From contig CATNEN010000038.1 of NCBI GenBank assembly GCA_950097015.1, forward strand, positions 14,074,001 through 14,138,000: a DNA stretch of 64,000 nucleotides, in the 5' to 3' direction. Source of the stretch: Macrostomum hystrix (Eukaryota > Animalia > Platyhelminthes). Shown here one piece after another: positions 51,005-64,000 of the stretch. The notes under the pieces were generated by a model. The model did not search any database and was not told the DNA's origin. It saw only the letters and a list, made by a program, of their open reading frames with translations. The stretch's first letter is position 1. Each line of letters starts with the position of its first letter. The translations under genes and the position numbers were made by a program.

Positions 51005-52480
51005 GGAGATTATGAACAGGAATGAATATGGGATTATGAACACGATTGAATATGGGATTATGAACAGGAATGAATATGGGATTATGAACACGATTGAATA
51101 TGGGATTATGAACAGGAATGAATATGGGATTATGAACAGGAATGAATATGGGATTATGAACAGGAATGAATATGGGATTATGAACACGATTGAATATGGG
51201 ATTATGAACAGGAATGAATATGGGATTATGAACACGATTGAATATGGGATTATGAACAGGAATGAATATGGGATTATGAACACGATTGAATATGGGATTA
51301 TGAACAGGAATGAATATGGGATTATGAACACGATTGAATATGGGATTATGAACAGGAATGAATATGGGATTATGAACACGATTGAATATGGGATTATGAA
51401 CACGATTGAATATGGGATTATGAACAGGAATGAATATGGGATTATGAACACGAATGAATATGGGATTATGAACACGAATGAATATGGGATTATGAACAGG
51501 AATGAATATGGGATTATGAACACGATTGAATATGGGATTATGAACAGGAATGAATATGGGATTATGAACAGGAATGAATATGGGATTATGAACAGGAATG
51601 AATATGGGATTATGAACACGATTGAATATGGGATTATGAACAGGAATGAATATGGGATTATGAACACGATTGAATATGGGATTATGAACAGGAATGAATA
51701 TGGGATTATGAACACGATTGAATATGGGATTATGAACAGGAATGAATATGGGATTATGAACACGATTGAATATGGGATTATGAACAGGAATGAATATGGG
51801 ATTATGAACAGGAATGAATATGGGATTATGAACAGGAATGAATATGGGATTATGAACACGATTGAATATGGGATTATGAACAGGAATGAATATGGGATTA
51901 TGAACACGATTGAATATGGGATTATGAACAGGAATGAATATGGGATTATGAACACGATTGAATATGGGATTATGAACAGGAATGAATATGGGATTATGAA
52001 CACGATTGAATATGGGATTATGAACACGATTGAATATGGGATTATGAACAGGAATGAATATGGGATTATGAACACGAATGAATATGTGATTATGAACACG
52101 AATGAATATGGGATTATGAACAGGAATGAATATGGGATTATGAACACGAGTGAAAATGAGATTATGAACACGAGTGAAAATGAGATTATGAACACGAGTG
52201 AACATGAGATTATAAACATAAATAAGTTAGAGATTGTGTACACGAGTGAATGTGAGATTATGAACACGAATGAATATGGGATTATGAACACGAATGAATA
52301 TGGGATTATGAACACGAATGAATATGGGATTATGAACAAGAGTGAATATAAGATTATGAACAGGAATGAATATGGGATTATGAACAAAAGTGAATATAAT
52401 ATTTTTAACACGAGTGAATACGACATTATGAACACGACTGAATATATGAATATGAACAGGAATGAATATGAGAATTATGA
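51005..52480 (+). repeat. 24-bp minisatellite (gggattatgaacaSgaWtgaatat) with A/B/C variants
   Basis: About 60 units; the 8-aa periodic ORFs on both strands arise from it. Confidence 0.98.
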
Positions 52481-52690
52481 ACTCACTGAAATAATAGAAG
52501 CTTATATCATCACTGAGAGTATTCAAATGCTAATAAAACGGAGCATAGATAGCTCGTATTCATAAACGTGCGAAATGTGTACATAAACATTTTTTCAATA
52601 CACTTTTTTATTAGATTTACTCCTAACGAGACTGGCGCAAAGTGGTGCAGACAGTGTTTGTTGTGTTGATCATGTGAAGTTGTATTATTT

Positions 52691-52697
52691 CAGCAGT

Positions 52698-52752
<55 letters not shown>
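52691..52752 (+). repeat. (CAG)n microsatellite
   Basis: About 20 units with one interruption. Confidence 0.95.
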
Positions 52753-52753
<1 letters not shown>

Positions 52754-53203
52754 GTAGCCGGGTAGATGCCGCAGGGCATGGAAATCGAATTTCAAACCGA
52801 TAACGGGTTCTCGCTGCGGTGACCAGCGCGTGAGTTGTTGGTGAGTCCGGGCCAGGCAACTGATTGCTAGTTACCGCCCGGTCACTGGGGAGTCCTCCCC
52901 GATTTTCTCTGAAGAGGAAACCAAAAGAGAGTAGACTAAATAGGAAGGTGCGAGAAAATCCCCTGGGGATGAGCGAGCTGATGCTTAAGACTCCAACGAA
53001 TGAAGGAGGCATTGGGCACTGAGTTTCTGGGTAATTTCTGTTATGCCAAGGTCAACCTGTGCTGATTTCATTGCCTTATTCTCCATACTTTCTATCCGCA
53101 TGTTTGTGTCCTGCATTCATTTGCTAGGAATTCAACAAGCAAATGCTATGATTCGCATCTTAATCATCCTATTCATATCATTTATGGGCTAATCTATCGT
53201 TGT

Positions 53204-53715
53204 CTCCTCTCCTCTCCTCTCCTCTCCTCTCCTCTCCTCACCTCTCCTCTCCTCTCCTCTCCTCTCCTCTCTCTCCTCTCCTCTCCTCTCCTCTCCTCTC
53301 CTCTCCTCACCTCTCCTCTCCTCTCCTCTCCTCTCCTCTCTCTCCTCTCCTCTCCTCTCCTCTCCTCTCCTCTCCTCTCCTCTCCACTCCTCTCGTCTCC
53401 TCTCGTCTACTCTACTCTCCTCTCCCCTTCTCTTCTCTCCTCTTCTCGCCTCTACTCTCCTCTCCTCTCCTCTCCTCTCCACTCCTCTCGTCTCCTCTCG
53501 TCTACTCTACTCTCCTCTCCCCTTCTCTTCTCTCCTCTCCTCACCTCTCCTCTCCTCTCCTCTCCTCTCCTCTCTCTCCTCTCCTCTCCTCTCCTCTCCT
53601 CTCCTCTCCTCTCCTCTCCTCTCCACTCCTCTCGTCTCCTCTCGTCTACTCTACTCTCCTCTCCCCTTCTCTTCTCGCCTCTACTCTCCTCTCCTCTCCT
53701 CTCCTCTTCTCTCCT
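53204..53715 (+). repeat. (CTCCT)n satellite
   Basis: Seen directly. Confidence 0.96.
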
Positions 53716-54595
53716 TTCCCCGCCGCTTCTTCCACTCTCGAGACTTATGCCTTTCGCCTTTCTAACAGCATTCAAACACACTTTCACATGTTGGATTGCG
53801 TTCCAAAGCACAGCCAGTCAGCCAGCCAGGCGAGCCAATTGAAATCGAGCAATTTAGCCAGCGTGTTCTCATTGGCTATTGGCTACTGGGCTAGCTAAGC
53901 TAATAGACAGAAGTGGCTCACTCAGATCAGTCTGTAACACGGACCCTACAGAAAAGGAGGCTAAAGAGAAAGCTGGAAGGCCTTCACTCCGCCACTGTCT
54001 CTTTTGCTTTCATTCTTTTCTTTCGCTGCTCCAGGAAAATTTCCCCCACCCTCGCAACGGCCTGTCGAGGCAGCAGCAGACTCGAGTCGTTAATCTCCCA
54101 CTCACTCCATTCAATTTGAGGCTCAGAGGCTAGAAATCTTTTAGATCAGACAGCCTCGAATCACTCTTTCAATCTAATTATCTAGCCTACCCCCACAAAA
54201 GTTTCCCATTTTGCTTTAATTTTCTCCCCCCAGCAAATTAAGCCCATAATGATAGATTCGCTTCGTGTCTAGCAAAGTCCGCTGCCCACCTACCGCTGGC
54301 TTGACTTGCCGTGTCGCGCTTACTTAAAGAAATCGATTTTTCAATCGAATCTGCCAGCTAACCGAGGTGCAAATCTGCTTCTGTTCTACTTCGAGAAGCA
54401 AATTGTCCGACGGAACATTGGGTAGGTTTGATTCTGATTTTGATTTCTGCTTTCTCTGCTTTTTCTTGGCTGTTTCCGTTTTTGGCTCTTCTAAAGGATA
54501 AGGCTGAATAAACTGAAAAGTTGAGCACACAATTTCTCTTTTCTGGAAATCGATTTCTTTAAGTAGTTGAGTCAGAAAATTCTGACATTACCCGC

Positions 54596-54792
54596 ATAGA
54601 TGCTAGTGGTTAGAGAGTCCGATTCACGACTTAAACGTCGGGGGTTCGATTCACGAGACACCCAGCTAATAAATGGGGTACTAGCATTAGCTGGTGTAAT
54701 TGAGGGTGGGTGTGGCGTCCCCACCAGTCCATGGACTGAACAGCTGGACGCAGTCTTCAGATCTGGCCTCAAAAGGGACAGGTGTAATTAAT
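54596..54792 (+). mobile_element. tRNA-derived SINE family 1, with internal deletion of the 5' CORE part
   Basis: A-box-like tagtggttagag, B box ggggttcgattc, cacccagctaataaatggggtac, gggtgtggcgtcccc, cagtccatggactgaacagctg, and tail gggacaggtgtaatta. Confidence 0.82.
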
Positions 54793-55554
54793 AGTTAATT
54801 CGACCAGGCATAATTATACAATGAACAAGCCAATTTTTTTCTATAGTAGTTGAATTCTTTCACACTTTCACACACTTGGCCACACACTTCACGAGTGACA
54901 CTTCATTCACAGCAATGCAGAGAAATGAGTAAAGTTATTGTGCGCTTGTTTGAGTGTGGGGTCTCCATTTCTCCTTCTTCTAGGGGTCTCAGACTCCGCG
55001 GTGTTGTGAAGTGGCGCGGGCCGTCACTGCTCAGTTGAGTATAGTGCACAGGACACCCGCGTCCCTGAATCCTCAGGCTGAGACTAGCATTACAATCAGC
55101 TTGCGTTTCAAAATGCATTTCGATCTCCTTTGCTGCTGCTGCTGTTGCTGCGCCCTAGTCCAGGAAATGGCCTTAGGGCGCAAGTTGCAAAAGAGAGCGA
55201 AATTCTCCTTTGTGTAATGCCTGAGTGAAAGTGGGAGCTACTGCTGAGGGGGAGTTTTCAAAGGCTCTGGGATAATTCTAGCGCTGGTGTCTTCTGCCTA
55301 TGGATGGTGCTTCACAGCTAGCCCTCTTTTGACTTTGAAGTGTTGCTTTTGGGCTGAAGAAGGTTGAAAGGAGATATGTACTGTGAGAGAGGCTGTGAGA
55401 GCTTGCAAAAATTAGATGAGGACAAGGGCATCGTTCCTCAAAATGCTTGCTCCTGGTCCTCTACAGACTTCCCCTACACACCAGTCCATTACCCCTAAAG
55501 ACTGGTCCATTACCCCTGTGAAGGACACACTGATCAATTACCACACAGGATCTA

Positions 55555-55720
55555 TTACCATAGACACCAGTCCTTTACCATAGACACCGGTCCTTTACCA
55601 TAGACACCAGTCCTTTACCATAGACACCGGTCCATTACCATAGACACCGGTCCTTTACCATAGACACCGGTCCTTTACCATAGACACCGGTCCATTACCA
55701 TAGACACCGGTCCATTACCC
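55555..55720 (+). repeat. 20-bp minisatellite (tagacaccggtcctttacca)
   Basis: About 8 units, with precursor-like units upstream. Confidence 0.93.
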
Positions 55721-56639
55721 GCACAAACAAGACCATTACGCAGTTACGGTACTAGAATAATTACCTGATCAGTGACACAAAAACTAAATCGAATTCCGCA
55801 AGGAGCAGCCGAACAGAAGCGAGTGAATTTTGGATTTGACAAATGATGTTTCATCCAATAATCCTACAGCAGTCAACTGGGCTGCATCGAGGCGGCACCC
55901 GAAGGTATTCGGCACCCCGAATATTCGGTCTGATGCTGCATGGTATCCTGTTTCTATCCCCTTTATTCTGCTTCTGTGTCGGTGGTCGTGTCTTTTTTGT
56001 CGCAAACAAATTCGATTATCCCATAACTTCTTCTTCTTCTGAAGTCTAGGTTCATTCTTCTGCTTTTGTGCCAGGAAAATTTCTGCAAGACTGACGATGA
56101 CTCACACGAACATGGGAGCCCCCTTTTGAGACGCGGCCCCGCCTTTTCTCTTGAACTTTCTTTAATTCTAATCTGACGAGAACAGTGAAAAATTTGGAAC
56201 ATTGTTATTTGTTCTTATCTTCTTCCAATTGCTTTCCTCGTCAAGAAATCGGTGCCCCCGGAGACTGTTAGACAGTGTTTTCAGAGTAAACAGCTCATTT
56301 GGAACCAAGTTGCATTCACCAAATCAGACAATTTATATAGGCCTAGCCAATTCCGAATTCAAACATTGGTTTTCGGAATGAATCTCCAGGCCATTGTCCG
56401 TAAGACATATTTACTCATATTTACTAATGGACCGTATGCATTACTGGCTGTAGTTTGTGTGTGCATGGAGTATTGCACTCAGGCCTAACACAAAAACATT
56501 TCCGTGTTTGTCTATTTAAAACTGTTTGCCAAATACTGACGAATGCGGGACTGGGCCCTTGGGACCAGACAGGTGCTAGTGAAATGACTGGACATTGGAA
56601 ATCACAGGTCAGAATGGACTCCATTGAGCTGACAGGAAA

Positions 56640-56674
<35 letters not shown>

Positions 56675-56804
56675 TAGGAGACAGGAGACAAGAGACAGGA
56701 GACAAGAGACAGGAGACAGGAGACAGGGGACAGGAGACAGGAGACAGGAGATAGGAGACAGGAGACAGGAGACAGGAGCCAGGAGACAGGAGACAGGAGA
56801 CAGT

Positions 56805-56879
<75 letters not shown>

Positions 56880-56880
56880 A

Positions 56881-56912
<32 letters not shown>
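56640..56912 (+). repeat. (GGAGACA)n heptamer
   Basis: Seen directly. Confidence 0.96.
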
Positions 56913-56913
<1 letters not shown>

Positions 56914-57365
56914 AGGATAACAGGAAAGCGGAGAAAGGAGAGAGTGGATGAGAAGCCATGACTGCCAGAGGTTTGGCGATGAAGTTTCCCCACCTCTTAC
57001 AGAGGCGTCATGGGATCTGCTCTATCTACTCATTATTTTAATCCTCCAAGAGATGGGCGAGATTTCCCATTGGCGCTGATCATGAATCTAAAAGTGTATG
57101 GCAGCTGGCGATTGCGCAGCTTGGGTGCCGTTTATATTGCCCAACCGGTCGTAAAACCTAGGCTTCACTCGCAGGCCAGTAAAATGCCACGACCGCTGCT
57201 TAAGGCCAAGGCTTAGCTAAGCAACTGAAGTTTGGCCTCCAAAAGTAAAATGCGCAGAGTCAGTTGCACTTATGTATCATGCCGCCTCTTACTCGCTTGA
57301 CTGAAGCAGGAAGAAATTTAGTCGTGGAAAATTCAGAGATAATATTACTCTGCTTTTGGGTCCAT

Positions 57366-58540
57366 GCTCTACTTCTCCATCTCACCCTCTACTTCTGAAT
57401 CTCAATCTCTACTTCTGAATCTCACTCTCTACTTCTGAATCTCACTCTCTACTTCTGAATCTCACCCTCTACTTCTGAATCTCACTCTCTACTTCTGAAT
57501 CTCACTCTCTACTTCTGAATCTCACTCTCTACTTCTGAATCTCACTCTCTACTTCTGAATCTTACTCGCTACTTCTGAATCTCACTCTCTACTTCTGAAT
57601 CTCACTCTCTACATTTGAATCTCAATCTCTACTTCTGAATCTCACTCTCTGCTTCTGAATCTCACTCTCTACTTCTGAATCTCACTCTCTACTTCTGAAT
57701 CTCACTCTCTACTTCTGAATCTCACTCTCTACTTCTGAATCTCACTCTCTACTTCTGAATCTCACTCGCTACTTCTGAATCTCACTCTCTACATTTGAAT
57801 CTCAATCTCTACTTCTGAATCTCACTCTCTACTTCTGAATCTTACTCTCTACTTCTGAATCTCAATCTCTACTTCTCCATCTCACTCTCTACTTCTGAAT
57901 CTCAATCTCTACTTCTCCATCTCACTCTCTACTTCTCCATCTCACCCTCTACTTCTGAATCTCACTCTCTATTTCTGAATCTCACTCTCCACTTCTAAAT
58001 CTCACTCTCTACTTCTCCATCTCACTCTCTACTTCTCCATCTCACTCACTACTTCTGAATCTCACTCTGTACTTCTGAATCTTACTCGCTACTTCTGAAT
58101 CTCACTCTCGACATTTGAATCTCACTCTCTACTTCTCCATCTCACCCTCTACTTCTGAATCTCACTCTCTACTTCTGAATCTCACTCTCTACTTCTCCAT
58201 CTCACCCTCTACTTCTCCATCTCACCCTCTACTTCTCAATCTCACTCTCTACTTCTGAATCTCACTCTCTACTTCTGAATCTCACTCTCTACTTCTGAAT
58301 CTCACTCTCTACTTCTCCATCTCACCCTCTACTTCTCCATCTCACTCTCTACTTCTGAATCTCACTCTCTACTTCTGAATCTCACTCGCTACTTCTCAAT
58401 CTCACTCTCTACTTCTGAATCTCACTCTCTGCTTCTGAATCTCACTCTCTACATTTTAATCTCACTCTCTACATTTGAATCTCACTCGCTACTTCTGAAT
58501 CTCACTCTCTACTTCTGAATCCCACCCTCGACTTCTCCAG
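57366..58540 (+). repeat. 20-bp minisatellite (acttctgaatctcactctct), ~58 copies
   Basis: Exact 20-bp period. Confidence 0.98.
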
Positions 58541-59083
58541 CTGCTTCTCGTTTCTCCACCCAAATGGCGTCAAGTCAACCTGCATGATCTAAATTAGTAA
58601 TTCGATTGTTATATATTAATTTTTTCACAGAGAAAAAAATGAAAACAATTTTTTCTTTGTCAAACAACCGAGCTTTGCCCCGGGCTTAGCAACAAATAAA
58701 GAAAATACTTTCGAAAATAGAAATAAAGCCGGCTAGCTGAAATGGACCCTCTGTAGGTGATTTTACTTCAGTAGTTTCCAAGTGGCTGCACTGTATCGAT
58801 ATGCGGGTCCTGCGAGAGAAGAAAAGAGAGTTCAGAAAGAAAACATGGCTGGAATGTTTCGAATATACTCGTAATATTGAATACCAAAAATCTTATTGCG
58901 ATTCCGACAAAAGTAAGAAAAAACTCGACAAAAAACTGGTTATTAAGAGATGATTCAGAGTTGGAATTTTCCTCCCCAAGGTCGCGCTAGGAAAATGAGA
59001 AAATACTGGCGTCAACTAGGGAAGAAAAAGATTGAAGAATGAAGAAGAAGAAGAGACAAGATAATTAGAGAATAGAGAGAAAT

Positions 59084-59402
59084 GAGAGGAGAGGAGAGGA
59101 GAGGAGAGAAGAGGAGAGGAGAGTAGAGGAGAGGAGAGGAGAGGAGAGGAGAGGAGAGGAGAGGAGAGGAGAGGAGAGGAGAGGAGAGGAGAGGAGAGGA
59201 GAGGAGAGGAGAGGAGAGGAGAGGAGAGGAGAGGAGAGGAGAGGAGAGGAGAGGAGAGGAGAGGAGAGGAGAGGAGAGGAGAGGAGAGGAGAGGAGTGGA
59301 GAGGAGAGGAGAGGAGAGGAGAGGAGAGGAGAGGAGAGGAGAGGAGAGGAGAGGAGAGGAGAGGAGAGGAGAGGAGAGGAGAGGAGAGGAGAGGAGAGGA
59401 GT
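59084..59402 (+). repeat. (GAGGA)n satellite
   Basis: Seen directly. Confidence 0.97.
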
Positions 59403-60477
59403 GGACAGGAGGGGAGAGGAGAGCAGAGAGATGACAGGGCCAGTGAAATATAGGAGAGGAGAGAGGAAATTCAGCATTCCACAAGACTCGAGGAGGGAGT
59501 TAAGAAAAGTGAGAAGTCAGCAGGGGCGTGCGGCAATGGGAGAGATTTGGTGAGAGGTTGAGCATCAGCATTTGTCGGCCCTCTGACTTGCAGAATCTCA
59601 CACTGCAGTTAATTAGTTTCACACCTTACCCGTTGACTGTTGCCTGTGACACAAAATACCCAGCCGTCAGCCTCAGGTGGCCTCGCCTGTCAATCCGGGA
59701 ATTGGGAGGTTTGAATTGGTCCTTAAATTTTGCCTAACTTTAATCACTTTCCAGCCCCCACTCTCACCTGCATGGTGTAGCAAGTTGCTTTTAGGGAAGC
59801 AGAAATGGATCGATTGCAAGTAACCAGTCGATTTTCAGCAGAGTTTACTCAAACACAATCGACCGCTTCCTTCCACGCGACCGCGTATTGTCCTGAGAAC
59901 GGTCTCAAGACAACTATTGTCTCAACTGTCTGTAGCTGGCAACCCCATTCTCAAATGAAAGATAGAATTTATTTCCTGGCCAGGGTATCAGTTTCTGCTG
60001 AGCCAACTGTACCTCGAGTCCATTGTTTGAGTCTTCTTCACAGGTTTGCCAATGTTTCCATTGTTTCTTGTGTTGTCCGAGTTGATGTTCTGAAGCCAGA
60101 ACAAATGCTTTGTTTCCTCGGGAGCTAACAAAATGGGATCAACTAACGAAACTAAACTACACTTGCTTTAGCAAGTCTTGCGCAAAGGCAATTACATTTG
60201 CCAGCTTCAAGAAATTAGCTATACTAGTAACGCATCTTTGAGCAATTTTTGAGCCATCCTCGCGTTAGCTGTAAATAGGGACGTTTGAGTGTAGCTAGCT
60301 TTGCAAATACAGAGAACAAACAATTAAGTTGAGGTGAAAATTCTTTTTTGGGCGAGTTTGATAAGCTAAAATAAACTATGTACTCGTAAGTTGAGGTGTA
60401 GGATACAAAAAACGCAAAGACAGGTTGCTCGTTTGACGAGAAAATTAGAGATGAGAGGACAGAGGCGAGGCAGAGAA

Positions 60478-60725
60478 GAGGAGAGGAGAGGAGAGGAGAG
60501 GAGAGGAGAGGAGAGGAGAGGAGAGGAGAGGAGAGGAGAGGAGAGGAGAGGAGAGGAGAGGAGAGGAGAGGAGAGGAGAGGAGAGGAGAGGAGAGGAGAG
60601 GAGAGGAGAGGAGAGGAGAGGAGAGGAGAGGAGAGGAGAGGAGAGGAGAGGAGAGGAGAGGAGAGGAGAGGAGAGGAGAGGAGAGGAGAGGAGAGGAGAG
60701 GAGAGGAGAGGAGAGGAGAGGAGAG
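60478..60725 (+). repeat. (GAGGA)n satellite
   Basis: Seen directly. Confidence 0.97.
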
Positions 60726-61695
60726 GGGAGCTGAGGAGAGGAGTGGGGAAAGCACGCATGCGCGAGTAAATACATGAGACAGGAAGCGGGTCAGACAATC
60801 CGAGAAGTTGAGGAGAAAAAAGAGTCCAGTTTGGGATAATACATGTGCATCGAGTTATTGCATGATCCCTAGACAAATAACGCAAAGTGACCGAGACCTT
60901 AGTCTCATTGAATCTGCAAACTTCTGTCGGAGGCCGACTGTGATAGCTAGAGGAAGCCAAGCGGAGAATGTGCATAAGCAATGAAAACTAAATCTCAGGA
61001 ATTCGCATTGCGACTCTGCATGAGCTGCGGTGGGTTGGTTGAAGTTTTCGTTTAATTTTAGAATTTGCCGCTTGGCCAAGTTTTGTAAGTGAGTCAGCGG
61101 CCACCCCTCAGCAAAGCGGCGCTCGTTTCCTATTGAAAAAATGTCTAAAAACTGTTTCTGCTTTAGTCTCTTGTATTGCAGAGGATTAGAAGAAGATAAA
61201 TAAAAGTAAATCCCCGCATTTTAAGAATTTATTTTCACGATTAAAGTCGGACTCAGAAATACTTCAAAAAAAGCCGACAAAATTATTTAACTTTCTAATG
61301 TTCTGTAGAAACCCGACCTGATATTGGGAAATGTCAACTAGTAAGTGTTTTATCCCGAAATTCTCCCCACCATATTAGAGGATATTTTGGGAGGAATTCT
61401 GAAGCGTCACATTTCTGACCCGTCTTTGCCCGGCCTTCAAATCGATATAAGATCAAGAATGAAGCGAGTTAGGGCATACGTTCCGCTGTGGATGCAAAGG
61501 TCGTATCTGCTTTCAATTCCGCTTTGTTTATTCCCAGAAGTGGTGAAATAATACTGAGCTTAGCTGTTCCTAAGGCTGGCAGTGCAAATAAACTGAATGG
61601 CATTCGCTGTCTGCTTCTTCTGACACTTCTGTTCTGCTTTTTAGGGGAAAAAATTAAGGTGAATTCTAGCGTGATGCGGCCTATCTATCTACGAG

Positions 61696-61736
61696 TATCT
61701 ATCTATCTATCTATCTATCTATCCATCTATCTATCC

Positions 61737-61775
<39 letters not shown>

Positions 61776-61776
61776 C

Positions 61777-61813
<37 letters not shown>

Positions 61814-61814
61814 G

Positions 61815-61862
<48 letters not shown>
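61696..61862 (+). repeat. (ATCT)n microsatellite
   Basis: Seen directly. Confidence 0.97.
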
Positions 61863-62429
61863 ATCATTTCATTCATTAGGAAACAGTGAAATAGCTAACA
61901 GCAGCATGCTCCACCTAATTAGAAACGTTGTGCAAAACATGCTAGCAAAAGTGTTTCAACGCTAACGAGAAAGTTAACAGCCCCTTTTTATTCCACATTT
62001 TCTAGATGCTCAAAGCATTTGCAAGTTAACTCAAGCAACTTTCAGTTGTCGTGCAGTCTTGCATTTTCGCATTTTTTGCCCGGGTCTCATTCAAAATTTC
62101 TGAACGACCGTTTGCTGCTTCGCATTGTCTTCCCAAGGTAGTTCAACAACCCCCTTGTTGGGAAGAATATTTAAACAAATTCTCATTTAGGAATAGTTTA
62201 GGCCCACGCGTGTTAACCTCTCTTAGCACGCCTCTGTTAACACACTCTGCCATTTCTGTTTCCAGACTTTCTTGCTTCAAAGTCGAACCAAGCCATTCTT
62301 AGAGACTTAAACTTGTTGGAGACAGACGCAGATCTGGCTGGAGGTTGCTCACACTCACTACTCTTGTCCAGCCATTGCTCTGTGCTCTGTGCTCAGTATT
62401 TTACTTACTGCTCTATCCTGTCTTCTCTT

Positions 62430-62915
<486 letters not shown>

Positions 62916-63707
62916 TCTAGTTTCTCTTATCTCTCCAGTCTCAATTCTCATGTCTGTCTCCTTTCAACAGTCTGTCGGGCAGATCGCAAGCAGGCAGTTA
63001 GTCCGTGAGTTGCTCATCCCTACAGGCAGGAGCTGCGGATCTCGGTGGGAAAGCGCAGAAGAGCGCAGCTAGCAGGGAGCCACTCTGCTTGGTACACTTC
63101 GAGGAAACAAATGAGAGAAGACAGGGATGGTGGTGAGAATTGGGAACTGAAGACAAGTGCCACTCGACGCAAGGGAGGTAGCTAAAGTGAAATTCTCATC
63201 CATAGGGGGAGGATTATTCCACCTCCTGCAGCGTCCAACTATTAACGCGTGTTCCCCTGATCCCCAGTCAGGGGAGGGGAGGTGGGCAAAAAGAAATGGG
63301 ATTTACTGCATAGTGAGGGGAAATCTCAAACCAGGCGCTTAGGCCAGCGATGAGTGCATGGTGATTGAGGATGAAGGACTTGAAGAGTTTGGTGGCCACG
63401 CAGCCAGGACATGCATAATAAATTTTGCAGCGCGTGCGATAAGTTTAGAGTTGGTTGACGACTCAAAAATAAGAACTGAGCAGGCTACTTAGCAAGGGCC
63501 AAGAACTGCCTGACTGGGGTTGAAGCAGATCTCGCAGAGTGCACAGCCTCTCTGGGAGTCACGGAGGCATGCGTTGATGAATGGACGGGAGGCCCAAGCT
63601 ATCGCCCGCCGACCAAGCAATGCGGTCCATTTTTATTCCGCCAAGAAATTAAACGCGAAACTAATTTTCTTCTGGCCTCTCTGATGGCGCAAGTTAAACA
63701 GTTCAGC

Positions 63708-63820
63708 CAGCTTTAGTGCATACGTTTAATGCGTAGCTTTAAGGTCGGGGGTTCGATTCCCGACTGAACTGAAACAAATTGTGTGTGTCCTTTAGCAGGA
63801 CACTAAACTCATCGCTTGCC
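63708..63820 (+). mobile_element. SINE family 1 head and 5' CORE-like segment
   Basis: aaggtcgggggttcgattcccgac (B box) followed by aaattgtgtgtgtcctttagcaggacactaaac; matches the 11.7 kb and 22.3 kb copies. Confidence 0.75.
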
Positions 63821-64000
63821 TCTCACCAAGGTCCCTAAGTTCGATTCCGCGGCGAGTCCACATTCATTTTAGGCGCAGCCGCGGAGAGAAGGCTTGGGGG
63901 CTTGTCGTGCAATTTACGCCCTCGAGAGCCAACCTCCAAGGCACAGTGAGAGTGTACACTGCCTGACGATGACACTGTGTGAGCGTGTGCCTGCGTACAG
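63821..64000 (+). mobile_element. SINE family 2 copy (runs off the window)
   Basis: gttcgattccgcggcgag...ggcgcagccgcggagagaaggcttgg...cagtgagagtgtacactgcctgacgatga is the reverse complement of about 40430-40565. Confidence 0.8.

Noticed and set aside
50943-52565. 420-517 aa ORFs on both strands (NEYGIMN / VHNPIF repeats)
   Set aside because: They come from a stop-free 24-bp satellite, with no unique domain or splice context.
54596-54660. tRNA-like A and B boxes (also 63.7 kb and 40.15 kb)
   Set aside because: No full cloverleaf or acceptor stem, and they continue into SINE bodies, so they are SINE heads rather than tRNA genes.

Overview
Eukaryotic (animal) genomic DNA with short AT-rich introns, GC-rich exons and a very high load of micro- and minisatellites. 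The style resembles a free-living flatworm such as Macrostomum, but that is inference only. The first ~26 kb is gene-dense. I reconstructed five spliced genes by hand with GT-AG sites and consistent frames: a C20orf96/DUF4618-like coiled-coil gene (9 coding exons, +), ADF/cofilin (-), ACOT13/THEM2 thioesterase (+), a SEC14L2-like CRAL-TRIO+GOLD protein (+) and a PP1 glycogen-targeting subunit of PPP1R3 type (+). Two orphan ORFs at 22.7-25.5 kb probably form one gene. From ~26.5 kb to 64 kb I found no recognisable coding exon; more than 20 mostly unrelated tandem arrays alternate with unique DNA and tRNA-derived SINEs of two families. Main observations: (1) every coding-region intron of 298 bp or more holds its own minisatellite, and five of them shrink to ~70-95 bp without it; (2) a 25-bp array behind SEC14L gains an AATAAA in almost every unit through a stepwise GG>AG>CA change; (3) cofilin exon 2 starts at codon 2 directly after an acceptor, with no clear ATG exon, so a spliced leader may supply the start codon; (4) two CACGCC-N5-RGCRTG dyads plus CCAAT boxes lie upstream of PPP1R3; (5) both copies of a structured SINE family sit in or next to CORE-like SINEs. 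Most long ORFs in the supplied track are repeat artefacts.
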